The translations under genes were made by a program, and so were the position numbers. The notes below the pieces were generated by a model that was not told the origin of the DNA, searched no databases, and saw only the letters and a program-made list of their open reading frames with translations. DNA of 64,000 nt from Candidatus Kapaibacterium sp. (lineage in GTDB: Bacteria > Bacteroidota > Ignavibacteria > Kapaibacteriales > UBA2268): positions 2,886,778 through 2,950,777 of the forward strand of contig JAVSMQ010000001.1 of NCBI GenBank assembly GCA_032027125.1. Reading direction: 5' to 3'. Of the stretch, positions 48,278 through 57,284 are shown piece after piece (the stretch's first letter is position 1; each line of letters begins with the position of its first letter).

Positions 48278-48598
48278 TTAGATTAGAAGTGAATTAAGAA
48301 AGTGAATTAATTGATTGTTTTTTAGTCTGTGGGGGGTATAATCTTGTTTAGAATAATTTAAAAAATTATCAAAAAAGAGTACAGGCAAAATAATAAAAGA
48401 GAAATCCGGAATAGGAAGGTGTTGTATTTTGAGAAAATAATCACTATAAGAAATTGATATGACATTATCAGAATTCTGTAATATTGTACAAACATCATGA
48501 TTTTTATGATGATCATCGCAATCTTCGAGTAATCCCACCTCAGAGTGAAGAAACAGGAATCCCAAAATTACAAACAATATATAAGCTACTTTTTTCAT
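48278..48598 (-). CDS. small secreted hypothetical protein with a His/Cys cluster
   Basis: 106 aa; signal peptide; EDCDDHHKNHDVC. Confidence 0.3.
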   Translation of the reverse strand: MKKVAYILFVILGFLFLHSEVGLLEDCDDHHKNHDVCTILQNSDNVISISYSDYFLKIQHLPIPDFSFIILPVLFFDNFLNYSKQDYTPHRLKNNQLIHFLNSLLI

Positions 48599-48784
48599 TG
48601 CACTAAATGACGGAATTAATTAAAATTATTTTTAACATTAAATGACATCACAAACTTAACCAATACCCCCTTTTTCCGGTCCTGCTTTTTTCAGAAAATA
48701 ATTTCATGTATTAATTAAAGAACCCTTCCGATAACTTAAAACTTTCGGATGGTTTTTTTATAATAAAATGTTGTCAGTTTCGCA

Positions 48785-49162
48785 ATGACAAATATGATTG
48801 AACGAATAAAACATAAGGTAAAGCACTTAAAGTCAGAAGTTATTGCTCTATATTTCGCCTATAGTGATCCAAGAGTACCGTGGTATGCAAAACTGTTTAT
48901 TGTTATTTTAGTTGGTTATGCTTTAAGCCCAATAGACTTAATCCCTGATTTTATCCCGATTCTCGGTTATCTTGATGATCTGATTCTTATTCCTTTGGGG
49001 ATTACAGTTGCTCTTAAGATGATTCCAAATCAGGTAATGGTAGAATCAAGAATAAAAGCGTCCACATTAAAAACAAAACCCAGGAATTGGATTGCAGTAG
49101 CAGTAATAGTTGTAATATGGTTAATCATAATTGGATTGGTAGTTAATCTTATTTTTTTGTAA
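48785..49162 (+). CDS. DUF1232 (YkvA-like) membrane protein
   Basis: 125 aa; SPIDLIPDFIPILGYLDD signature. Confidence 0.6.
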   Translation: MTNMIERIKHKVKHLKSEVIALYFAYSDPRVPWYAKLFIVILVGYALSPIDLIPDFIPILGYLDDLILIPLGITVALKMIPNQVMVESRIKASTLKTKPRNWIAVAVIVVIWLIIIGLVVNLIFL

Positions 49163-49654
49163 ATTGAAATCCAATAAACATCTTGTTTTGAAAACAAAAT
49201 CTACAAGATAAATATATATAAATATATTTTTGTTTTTTTTCGTTCCCGCAGCAGATTTCCCATTTCCCATTTCCCATTTCCTCATAATAATGTGGTAATA
49301 ACTTACCGATTTCTCCTCTTTTTCCGGTACTATTATTTACATAAATAATAAATAGTGAAAAAAAAAGTGGAAATATTAAAAATAATATTTGCATTTGGGA
49401 AATATTGTATATTTTTACTTTTGAATGTTTGCATTTTTAAGTATCATTTATCTCGTGCAAACAAAATTTGGGACTTTTTAATAGATTTTTGATTCTAATA
49501 TAGTTTTTTTAGTAAATTCGTATGTTCAGACGGCAATTTACCATTGTTCTTTGAAAATTGAATATTATCATAACTTGATGATTTCTCATCTAAATTCAGC
49601 AAATTCTTAGAAAAATGCTGATTTTGGTCAAAAATGCCCTGAAAAGAGCTATCA

Positions 49655-49933
49655 AAACGCTAAAATGCTTCAACCAAACGATAAAACGCTCCAACGGAAT
49701 GGTAAAATGCTCCAACGGAACGCTAAAACGCTCCAACGGAATGGTAAAATGCTCCAACGGAACGCTAAAACGCTTCAACGGAATGCTAAAATGCTCCAAC
49801 GGAATGCTAAAACGCTCCAACGGAATGCTAAAACGCTCCAACGGAATACTAAAATGCTCCAACGGAATACTAAAACGTTTCAACCAAACACTAAAATGCT
49901 TCAACGGAATGCTAAAATGCTCCAACGGAACTA
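49655..49933. repeat. 21-bp tandem repeat array, ~13 units (gctccaacggaatgctaaaac consensus)
   Basis: direct reading; units differ at 2-4 positions; three overlapping ORFs in the six-frame track are artefacts of this array. Confidence 0.9.
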
Positions 49934-50068
49934 TGGTTCGAGACATTATTTTATTCTTTTATTGATTTTTACAATTTAGTAAAAATAAATTATCTCTATG
50001 TTAAATTGAAATTTCTTGGGTTTTTCTAATAATTAAATATTTTTATAATTTTTGAGGATTTAGATTTT

Positions 50069-51283
50069 ATGGCAACAACAGAATTACGCCGGAATTACAA
50101 AATGACTGATGCTCAACTTTGTATGTTTGCATCAAATTTATGTAATTTTCTCACCCGCGATATTTTGGATTTCTCAGCAATTGGTTTGTCGGCTCCTGCA
50201 ATTGCATCCTTTAAAGCATTAGGAGATGCTTTTGAAGTATTTTCGCCTGATGGTTCCATTATCGGCGATGTCATGATAACTACAGAGAATAAAAAATCTC
50301 TCCGTGAACAGGTTGAGGAAACAATCCGCACAATGGCATTAAGAGTTGAGCAGAAATGGGGTACAAATTCCGGTAAATACAGACGTCTTGATATTCGCAC
50401 TCCCTCTATCCTTACAGATGATTCTCTGCTGGTAATGTCACGTACAGTTCATTCAAAAATAGTCGAATATCAACCTGACCTTGTTGATTTAGGTTTGACA
50501 CCGGAATTACTTGATGATTATGAGGATTTGAATGAGCAGTTTGAACTTGCAAAAAATGCTCAAAGTGATGCTGTTGCATTACGTGATGTAAAAAAAGATG
50601 AACGAATTAATAAAGGCAATGAACTTTACAAAATGGTGACCTTTTACTGCAATTACGGAAAAATAATTTATTCTAAAACAAATCCTGCCAAATATAACGA
50701 TTATGTTATTTATGACAGCTTTGTTGCCGGCAGTCTTACCGCACCCGAAAATCTTTCGGTTGATGTTTCAACTATGACTTTTTCAGTTGACCCTGTGCCG
50801 AATGCGGTTTCATATTCCATAGAGTCATCTTTAACGGGGCAGGAATGGAGTGTCATCTATAGCGGACCGGACAATTTTGTCATGTATGTGCCAGAAAATG
50901 AAGGACTTAGGATGTATCGGAGCCGGTGCCACAATTCCGGAGGCTACTCTGATTACGGTCCGATTATGTATTACAACTATGTTTCTGTTTTGGCTCAGCC
51001 AGGGTATACCAGCCTGACTGTAATCAACGCAAATACCGGAGCTGTCGCCCTTAATTGGGAAGAAGTCGCTTCGGCAGAATTTTATAGGCTCTTTCACAGC
51101 CAGACTGCCCTCAACGCTCCAGACCCCGGTGAATATACGATGTTAGGCGAGTTTACCGTCGCTTCCTACTCGGGGAATGTAAATACAGGTTACCGCCATT
51201 GGTTTCAGGTGGTGAGTGGTAACAGCCAAAAGCTATCGGTCGCCAGTGATGCAGTCTATGTGGACATGCCTCTTGTGCCTTAA
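50069..51283 (+). CDS. hypothetical protein with two C-terminal FN3-like modules
   Basis: 404 aa; no signal peptide; repeats NAVSYSIESS... and ASAEFYRLFHSQ...; visibly more G+C-rich than its surroundings. Confidence 0.4.
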   Translation: MATTELRRNYKMTDAQLCMFASNLCNFLTRDILDFSAIGLSAPAIASFKALGDAFEVFSPDGSIIGDVMITTENKKSLREQVEETIRTMALRVEQKWGTNSGKYRRLDIRTPSILTDDSLLVMSRTVHSKIVEYQPDLVDLGLTPELLDDYEDLNEQFELAKNAQSDAVALRDVKKDERINKGNELYKMVTFYCNYGKIIYSKTNPAKYNDYVIYDSFVAGSLTAPENLSVDVSTMTFSVDPVPNAVSYSIESSLTGQEWSVIYSGPDNFVMYVPENEGLRMYRSRCHNSGGYSDYGPIMYYNYVSVLAQPGYTSLTVINANTGAVALNWEEVASAEFYRLFHSQTALNAPDPGEYTMLGEFTVASYSGNVNTGYRHWFQVVSGNSQKLSVASDAVYVDMPLVP

Positions 51284-51287
51284 ATAT

Positions 51288-51510
51288 AAATCCCCTCCTT
51301 GAAAGAAAAGGAGGGGAAAATTAAAACAAAATCCCCCTACTTCGCTTTCCCCCTTTGCCAAAGGGGGATGTACGCAGGACAGGGGGATTTGATTTAACTG
51401 CCCCTTAATCCCCTCCTTGAAAGAAGAAGGAGGGGAAAATTAAAGACAAATACACTTTGTCAGAATCACAGAATACACGGATTAAAGGATTTCACGGATT
51501 AAATCAATAA
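51288..51510. repeat. nested-hairpin intergenic repeat element (copy B, with an internal partial duplication), followed by a perfect 13-bp hairpin at 51519..51552
   Basis: aaatcccctccttgaaagaaaaggaggggaaaa...atccccctac...ccccctttgccaaagggggatg...cagggggatttga; then aaccttccgaagg-ttgcggag-ccttcggaaggtt. Confidence 0.8.
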
Positions 51511-51855
51511 AACCAAGAAACCTTCCGAAGGTTGCGGAGCCTTCGGAAGGTTTGCTTATTGTGGAGAGACCTGTTTGTAGAAAGGTGTTTTGGGTTCTTG
51601 ATTTTTTAAAATTCATAAAAAACAAATCTCCATCGCAATTTTTTTTAAGAGACTTTGTAATGGAGATTTACATATAACGCTCATCATTTTCTGTTTCTAT
51701 ATCTTGTAAACCATACAACAATAGCAAAACAGCAAACAATCAAAAAGAACCACCAAAATAAGTGCATACCCCCGAAAGCGTAATTACTCATGTGCATACC
51801 ATCATTTCCGTGCTGAAACATAGCTTTTACCTTGTAAGTTAATCAAACTAAAATA

Positions 51856-52287
51856 TTAATGTTTCATATTGTGATTCATATCCATATCCTTACCTTGCAT
51901 CTTATTCATCATATCCATCATGGGTTTGTTTCCCATCATTGACCGGCACATTTCGGACATCTTGGTGGAGTCGTTTTTGCACGATTCCATCATGTCATTC
52001 ATCATATCTTTCATCATGCCCGGGTCGTTTTTCATCATATTCTGCATCATACTATGGTCTTTCATCATCATCATTGACTTATCATGCATTATCATTTTAC
52101 CATGTTCGCCATTCATCATTGCCGCCATCATTTCGACTGACATACTATGGTCTGCAGCAATTGAATTCATTATATCCTTTCTTGTATCCTGATTTGAAAG
52201 GATTTGTTTTACATCCGTACCGGATTGGCAGGATGAAAACAGAGTGATTAAAGCAATCGCAAGAGCGATTATTTTGAGAGATTTCAT
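51856..52287 (-). CDS. Met-rich periplasmic lipoprotein, putative Cu(I)/Ag(I)-binding
   Basis: 143 aa; lipobox LFSSC; ~30% Met with repeated MMxxM/MxDM motifs (MMAAMMNGEHGKMIMHDKSMMMMKDHSMMQNMMKNDPGMMKDMMNDMM). Confidence 0.6.
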   Translation of the reverse strand: MKSLKIIALAIALITLFSSCQSGTDVKQILSNQDTRKDIMNSIAADHSMSVEMMAAMMNGEHGKMIMHDKSMMMMKDHSMMQNMMKNDPGMMKDMMNDMMESCKNDSTKMSEMCRSMMGNKPMMDMMNKMQGKDMDMNHNMKH

Positions 52288-52716
52288 GATATTACCTATA
52301 TTAAGTTTATAAATATTTTATTAATAATTAATAAAATATACCTGAAATATTTTGCTCATTTGCTGCATTCAGCAGCACTTTTTTGTATGTTGGATTGCGT
52401 TGCTGATTATCATCTTTTGTGCAATCTGCAATAAAACGTGAAAAGGAAGCAACTTACTCTAAACATATAACCTTTTAACATTTTCATTTTGATTACTTCT
52501 GAAATAGTGGAAATAAGTTACACCACAAAAATATATTTTTTCGTAACTGAGATTGTTATATAACTTTTGAAAATATTTACAAAATTCACACATATCAGAT
52601 TAGTAAAAAATCTAATTATTTGGAAATATTATCTAAAACTATATAAATTTAATTTGAACTAATTACAATGAAAAAAAATCAAATACGTTTTTGCAAACGA
52701 ATAATTAATTGGATGT

Positions 52717-53271
52717 ATGAAAGGTAAATTAAAAAATATTATTGTCCTGATTTTGTTGGTGATATTCCCTATATCAGCCATAGGTTTGAACGTTTCTGTT
52801 CATAAGTGCAAACTTAAAGGTTCGATTTATTTTAACTTTTTCGGTACAACAAATGACAATAATGAATTAATTTGCGGCTGCAAGGCAAAAGAAACCCAAA
52901 CATTACCCATACAAAAAGCACATTCTTGCTGTAATCAAGCAAATATTGTAAATGAATCCGCTGATTGTAATGAAACTGAGAATACAGGAAATCAATTGTT
53001 AAAATCTTCCTGCTGTTCGGATTCAGATTTATCTTATTCAATTCAAAACGATTTTATATCCTTTAATAAAAGTAATATTTTAACCGATAAAACTTTTGTA
53101 TTTAATATTCTGAATTCAAACGAACGTTGTAATGCGTTCAGAACATCTGCTTATTTGGTTACTGTCCCCGATTATCCCCTTCAGGAACTGATATGTAATA
53201 CCATATCGTTCATACATTTTTCTTCTCAGTCAAAAAACAATTCTGAAGAACCTCCCATTCATAAATGCTAA
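52717..53271 (+). CDS. secreted Cys-rich hypothetical protein (paralog of 25276..25857)
   Basis: 184 aa; N-terminal 75 aa nearly identical to the first copy. Confidence 0.5.
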   Translation: MKGKLKNIIVLILLVIFPISAIGLNVSVHKCKLKGSIYFNFFGTTNDNNELICGCKAKETQTLPIQKAHSCCNQANIVNESADCNETENTGNQLLKSSCCSDSDLSYSIQNDFISFNKSNILTDKTFVFNILNSNERCNAFRTSAYLVTVPDYPLQELICNTISFIHFSSQSKNNSEEPPIHKC

Positions 53272-53390
53272 ACATTTAGCAAAACCTTGTTGTTATTTTA
53301 ATTTGTCAAATATTTGTTCAACTCATAATTATTGAATTGAATTAAAGTTTGTCTAAGTCAATATGTATTTAAAATAATTTTGGATTATTT

Positions 53391-53768
53391 ATGAAAATGT
53401 CAATAAACATAAACAGGTTGTTTCACCTTGCCGGAATGATACTTATTCTGATTTCATCGGGATTAGTTTTTAATTCCTGCGAGCAGGATGAATTGCCGCC
53501 TACAAAGCCGATTACTTCATCGTGCGATACAAATAATGTTACTTATGATTTGGTAATCAAACCGATTTTGGAAAAGAACTGCACAGCGTGTCATAATGAT
53601 GGCTTTAGCGGTGGGAGAGTTAATCTTTCAAATTATACAAACGCCCAAACAACTGCTGTAAGCGGAAAATTAGTAAGTAGTTTGTCAGGAACTATGAAGA
53701 GTTACATAAGTGATGAATGTGAAATAGTAAAAATAAAAGCCTGGGTTAACCAGGGGTCGAAAGAATAA
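53391..53768 (+). CDS. small lipoprotein with a CxxCH motif (putative monoheme cytochrome c)
   Basis: 125 aa; lipobox FNSC; KNCTACHNDG. Confidence 0.35.
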   Translation: MKMSININRLFHLAGMILILISSGLVFNSCEQDELPPTKPITSSCDTNNVTYDLVIKPILEKNCTACHNDGFSGGRVNLSNYTNAQTTAVSGKLVSSLSGTMKSYISDECEIVKIKAWVNQGSKE

Positions 53769-53780
53769 ATATGAGGAGTC

Positions 53781-54104
53781 ATGAAAATGACAAAATCAAA
53801 TTGTATAGACGCGTGTTTAGCGTGTCTGGTTGCCTGCGAAAGTTGTATTACCGATTGTATCAAAGCCGGTAATCAACATTGCATAGAATTATGCCGCGAC
53901 TGTGCCGATATCTGCGGATTATGTGCCGGATTTATGGCAAGAGACTCGCAGTTTAGCAATAAACTGTGTGCTTTATGTGCTGAAGTTTGTGAGGCTTGTG
54001 CTGCTGAATGCAGTAAACATGCTTCACGTCTTGGATGTTGTAAAGATTGTGCGGATGCTTGTAAAAAATGTGCTGAAGAGTGCAGAAAAATGAGCAAGTC
54101 ATAA
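53781..54104 (+). CDS. Cys-rich four-helix-bundle copper storage protein (Csp3/DUF326-like), cytosolic
   Basis: 107 aa; no signal peptide; ~22 Cys arranged as repeated CxxxC/CxxC (ACLACLVACESCITDCIKAG...CRDCADICGLCAGF...CALCAEVCEACAAECSKH...CCKDCADACKKCAEECRK). Confidence 0.7.
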   Translation: MKMTKSNCIDACLACLVACESCITDCIKAGNQHCIELCRDCADICGLCAGFMARDSQFSNKLCALCAEVCEACAAECSKHASRLGCCKDCADACKKCAEECRKMSKS

Positions 54105-54216
54105 TTAGTATAAATTCTCAAAGGCAGAGTCTTAATAAAGGGACTCTGCTCGTGAGAATGGTTATATAATTTTTCTTAATTAAATAAAACTTTTAATAAC
54201 TTAAAAAGGTGAAAAA

Positions 54217-54804
54217 GTGAAAACAACACTTAAAATTACATTAGCTCTAATGCTGATAACATCAGCCTTCTTAGCAGGCTGCAGTAATATGATGGATGAC
54301 AATCCTTCAGGTCGGAATGTCGGAAATTTTTTAAAGATTTCTCCGACAGATAATTCTCGAAATATTGGAATCAATGAACCGGTTGTTATCGAATTTGCTG
54401 CTCCGGTTAATACCGAAATTATCGAAGATAATTTTGTCCTGATTGGACGGAATTCTGCTTCTGATTCTTTAGGGGAGGATTGTTTCAATCTTGACCATTC
54501 TAATATGAATTCGATGATGTCAAACGGTTCAATGATGAATCATCTAAAAGAAAGCCACCATACTAAAGGCAATTTCAAATGGAATCCCGATAAAACAAGA
54601 TGTGAATTCATACCTGATTCGGATTTAGAAGCTGACACAGACTATATGATGTTTGTGGACAGCGAAATGATGGCACACATGAAATCTGTTATGTCTAACA
54701 ACGGTATGATGTCGGGCGGCATGGGTATGATAAATTGTAATTGTCATGATAAAGGTTTGGAAAAATCAAATATCATAACTCATTTCAGGACAAGAAACAA
54801 TTAA
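54217..54804 (+). CDS. Met/His-rich lipoprotein with Ig-like (SbsA_Ig-type) domain, putative periplasmic metal-binding
   Basis: 195 aa; GTG start per the ORF track; lipobox LAGC; NMNSMMSNGSMMNHLKESHH and MMAHMKSVMSNNGMMSGGMGM. Confidence 0.45.
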   Translation: MKTTLKITLALMLITSAFLAGCSNMMDDNPSGRNVGNFLKISPTDNSRNIGINEPVVIEFAAPVNTEIIEDNFVLIGRNSASDSLGEDCFNLDHSNMNSMMSNGSMMNHLKESHHTKGNFKWNPDKTRCEFIPDSDLEADTDYMMFVDSEMMAHMKSVMSNNGMMSGGMGMINCNCHDKGLEKSNIITHFRTRNN

Positions 54805-54890
54805 TATTTATTGCAGACAGGGCAATCTTTGTCTTGTCTGCTGCTTTTTGCGGAAAGTTTCATTTTACTAAGAATATTATAGGTAAATAA

Positions 54891-55550
54891 ATGTCGAAAA
54901 CAAAAATTCTGATGATAGTAGTAATATTTATTACATTTTCCATGTCGCGTGCTTTTGCGAGTTTATCTGCACATCCAGAACAGATTATTGAAACAGTAAT
55001 CAAAGGTCAAAAGAATAACGTTACAATTCATATAGCTAATCTCGGACCTTCAGGAAGTCTTGGCTATCAGATAAGTGCTACTGAGCCTTGGATTAGTTTT
55101 AGTTCAACTTCAGGTGAGATTCCAATTTCGGATAGTGTTGAAATTAAATTGATAGTTGATGCTACCTGGCTCAAGGAAGGAATATACAAAACTGACATAA
55201 CTATTGGCGACCCGCATCACGGACTTATTACAGTGCCTGTTGAAATACTTGTCAGTACAGTGGCTGATGTTTACGAATCTTCCGAAAACAACAGCCTGCA
55301 ATTGCAGGCATTCCCAAATCCTTTTAATTCATCAACTGAAATAAATTATTCTCTTCCTGAAAATCAAGATGTTATTATCAATCTAATTGATGTAAATGGC
55401 AGTATGATAAAATCAGTGGCGAATGAATTTCAAACTGAGGGTATTCACCGTATAAATTTTGATGGCTCTGAATTACCGTCAGGTATTTATTTTCTTACAT
55501 TAAATTCAAAATCATTTTCAATCGTTAAGAAACTTATTGTTAACAAATAA
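54891..55550 (+). CDS. secreted protein with T9SS C-terminal sorting domain
   Basis: 219 aa; signal peptide; C-terminus LQAFPNPFNSSTEINYSL...SGIYFLTLNSKSFSIVKKLIVNK. Confidence 0.55.
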   Translation: MSKTKILMIVVIFITFSMSRAFASLSAHPEQIIETVIKGQKNNVTIHIANLGPSGSLGYQISATEPWISFSSTSGEIPISDSVEIKLIVDATWLKEGIYKTDITIGDPHHGLITVPVEILVSTVADVYESSENNSLQLQAFPNPFNSSTEINYSLPENQDVIINLIDVNGSMIKSVANEFQTEGIHRINFDGSELPSGIYFLTLNSKSFSIVKKLIVNK

Positions 55551-55932
55551 AGTTGGAACTAAAATGTTCAGAATCAATCTAAAAAAAAGTATTATTCCAA
55601 TTATCATTGGAACAGTTATATTTATTGCATTATCAACATCAAATCTGAATGCACAATGCAGTATGATGAAAGGTCACGGTAACCACTCCGGTCATGCTGA
55701 CCATGGAAAGCAAAACACTGGCGGTGATACAACTCTAATCAGAACTGGTGTCATTGATGTAGATGAATTGGATTTTGATATTGACGGTTACGTCTATCAG
55801 GACCAAATGCATTGGAATGTAATTTCAGATAAACCGGCTGATTGCCCGCTTTGCGGAATGAAATTAGAAAAAGTAAAAATCAAAGAAGCAATCAGGCATT
55901 TAAAAAACAATGATTTCGAAGTTAAAGAATAA
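55537..55932 (+). CDS. small periplasmic HMBD-like metal-binding protein (paralog family)
   Basis: His-rich GHGNHSGHADHG; YQDQMHWNVISDKPADCPLCGM; the true start may be the Met at 55564. Confidence 0.55.
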   Translation: MLTNKVGTKMFRINLKKSIIPIIIGTVIFIALSTSNLNAQCSMMKGHGNHSGHADHGKQNTGGDTTLIRTGVIDVDELDFDIDGYVYQDQMHWNVISDKPADCPLCGMKLEKVKIKEAIRHLKNNDFEVKE

Positions 55933-55949
55933 GATTTTATTTCAAAAAT

Positions 55950-56315
55950 ATGAGGTATATGATGAAGAATATATATAAGAGCTTCTTGAAAATATCAGGA
56001 AGTATGGCAGTAGTAATATTTTTATTTGCTATTTCAATATCAGCAAATACTCTTTATGCTCAGCATGACCACTCAAAACATACAAATGACATGAAAATGG
56101 AACAAAAGACAGAATCAATTGTTCGGGAAGGCAAAATTGACCTGAAAAAAATTGATGAGAACAAAGACGGCAAAGTATTTCAAGATCCAATGCACTGGAA
56201 TGTAATTTCTGACGAAGCAGGCAAATGCCCTTTATGTAAAATGACACTAAAAGAGGTAACTATCAAGGAAGCAAAAAAGAATTTAAAAAAGAACGGTTTT
56301 GAAGTAAAAGAATAA
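55950..56315 (+). CDS. small periplasmic HMBD-like metal-binding protein (paralog family)
   Basis: KDGKVFQDPMHWNVISDEAGKCPLCKM; ~85% identical to 63417..63767 over the C-terminal 70 aa. Confidence 0.6.
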   Translation: MRYMMKNIYKSFLKISGSMAVVIFLFAISISANTLYAQHDHSKHTNDMKMEQKTESIVREGKIDLKKIDENKDGKVFQDPMHWNVISDEAGKCPLCKMTLKEVTIKEAKKNLKKNGFEVKE

Positions 56316-56402
56316 TTTATTATTGCAGGCGGGGAAAATCTCTGCCTGCAATTTATTTTTGGAGGATAAAATGACATATTTGTTTCTTATGTTATTAGTA
56401 AA

Positions 56403-56645
56403 TTGTTTACAAATAGGAAAGGTATTAACATGCCGATTACACATAAAACTGAATATGGAACGAACATTTATAAAATCGTTATAAATGATCACGGAGCAAA
56501 AAACTGTACTTCATTTTGTCCGCAATTGAATCTTGAAATCCAGGGCGACGACGTTTTTGATGTAGTTCGATTGATGATTGAGCATTTAGATAAACATAAT
56601 AAATTAAAGTATAAGAAAAACTTAAGGCATAAACTAACTATATGA
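56403..56645 (+). CDS. hypothetical small protein
   Basis: 80-aa ORF, no recognisable motif. Confidence 0.25.
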   Translation: MFTNRKGINMPITHKTEYGTNIYKIVINDHGAKNCTSFCPQLNLEIQGDDVFDVVRLMIEHLDKHNKLKYKKNLRHKLTI

Positions 56646-56672
56646 AAGAAATAAAAATAAGGAAGAAAATAT

Positions 56673-57266
56673 ATGAGATATAAATTTGCTTTAATATTGG
56701 TAATATTTTTTACCGGTATTTTATACTTGACTGCTTATGCACATAGAAATCATGAGCAACAAGAAAAAATAAAAGATTCATTAGAGCATAAAGTTGATAC
56801 AGCAATGTCAAATCACAGTAATATGGTTATGGATTCCGAACATTCAGATGAGGAAAAACCTTATAATTTAAATTATCCTGAAGAAATTTTTTCTCATGTC
56901 CATAATAAGCTGGTGCATTTCCCTGTTGCTTTGTCAATACTTGGTTTCCTCTTTACAATTATAAGTTTCAAACGGAAACAGTTTGAATTTTCTATTAAAT
57001 ACATTGTGCTGATTGCAGCAATATTTTCGATACCAACAGTTATTACAGGTTTATATCAGGCAGATAACTTTATTGGTGAGCCGAAGGAATGGATTGTCAA
57101 TATCCATAAGATACTTGGTATAACATTATCCGGATTATTATGGATTTGGGTGATTTTTTTATCATTTAAACCACTAAAAAAGTATGCGTGGGTCATTGCT
57201 TTTATAAGTGCATCAATTACAACAATAACTGCTTTCTATGGCGGTATAGCGGCGGCCGCCCATTAA
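56673..57266 (+). CDS. hypothetical integral membrane protein (4 predicted TM helices) with a His-rich N-terminal region
   Basis: 197 aa; AHRNHEQQEK...SNHSNMVMDSEHSDEE; directly upstream of the RND pump (7 nt gap plus RBS). Confidence 0.4.
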   Translation: MRYKFALILVIFFTGILYLTAYAHRNHEQQEKIKDSLEHKVDTAMSNHSNMVMDSEHSDEEKPYNLNYPEEIFSHVHNKLVHFPVALSILGFLFTIISFKRKQFEFSIKYIVLIAAIFSIPTVITGLYQADNFIGEPKEWIVNIHKILGITLSGLLWIWVIFLSFKPLKKYAWVIAFISASITTITAFYGGIAAAAH

Positions 57267-57284
57267 TAAAGGAAAAGAGTAAAT

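Noticed and set aside
49596-49979. Three overlapping 104-116-aa ORFs on both strands
   Set aside because: They are translations of the 21-bp tandem repeat array in different frames (heptad-periodic peptides), not genes.
51920-52247. Plus-strand ORFs of 90-102 aa
   Set aside because: Antisense to the Met-rich lipoprotein gene; His/Ile-rich translation is the complement of the Met codon bias.
53873-54121. ORFs antisense to or in an alternative frame of the Csp3-like gene
   Set aside because: They overlap a gene with a strong, periodic Cys pattern in its own frame; they are spurious.
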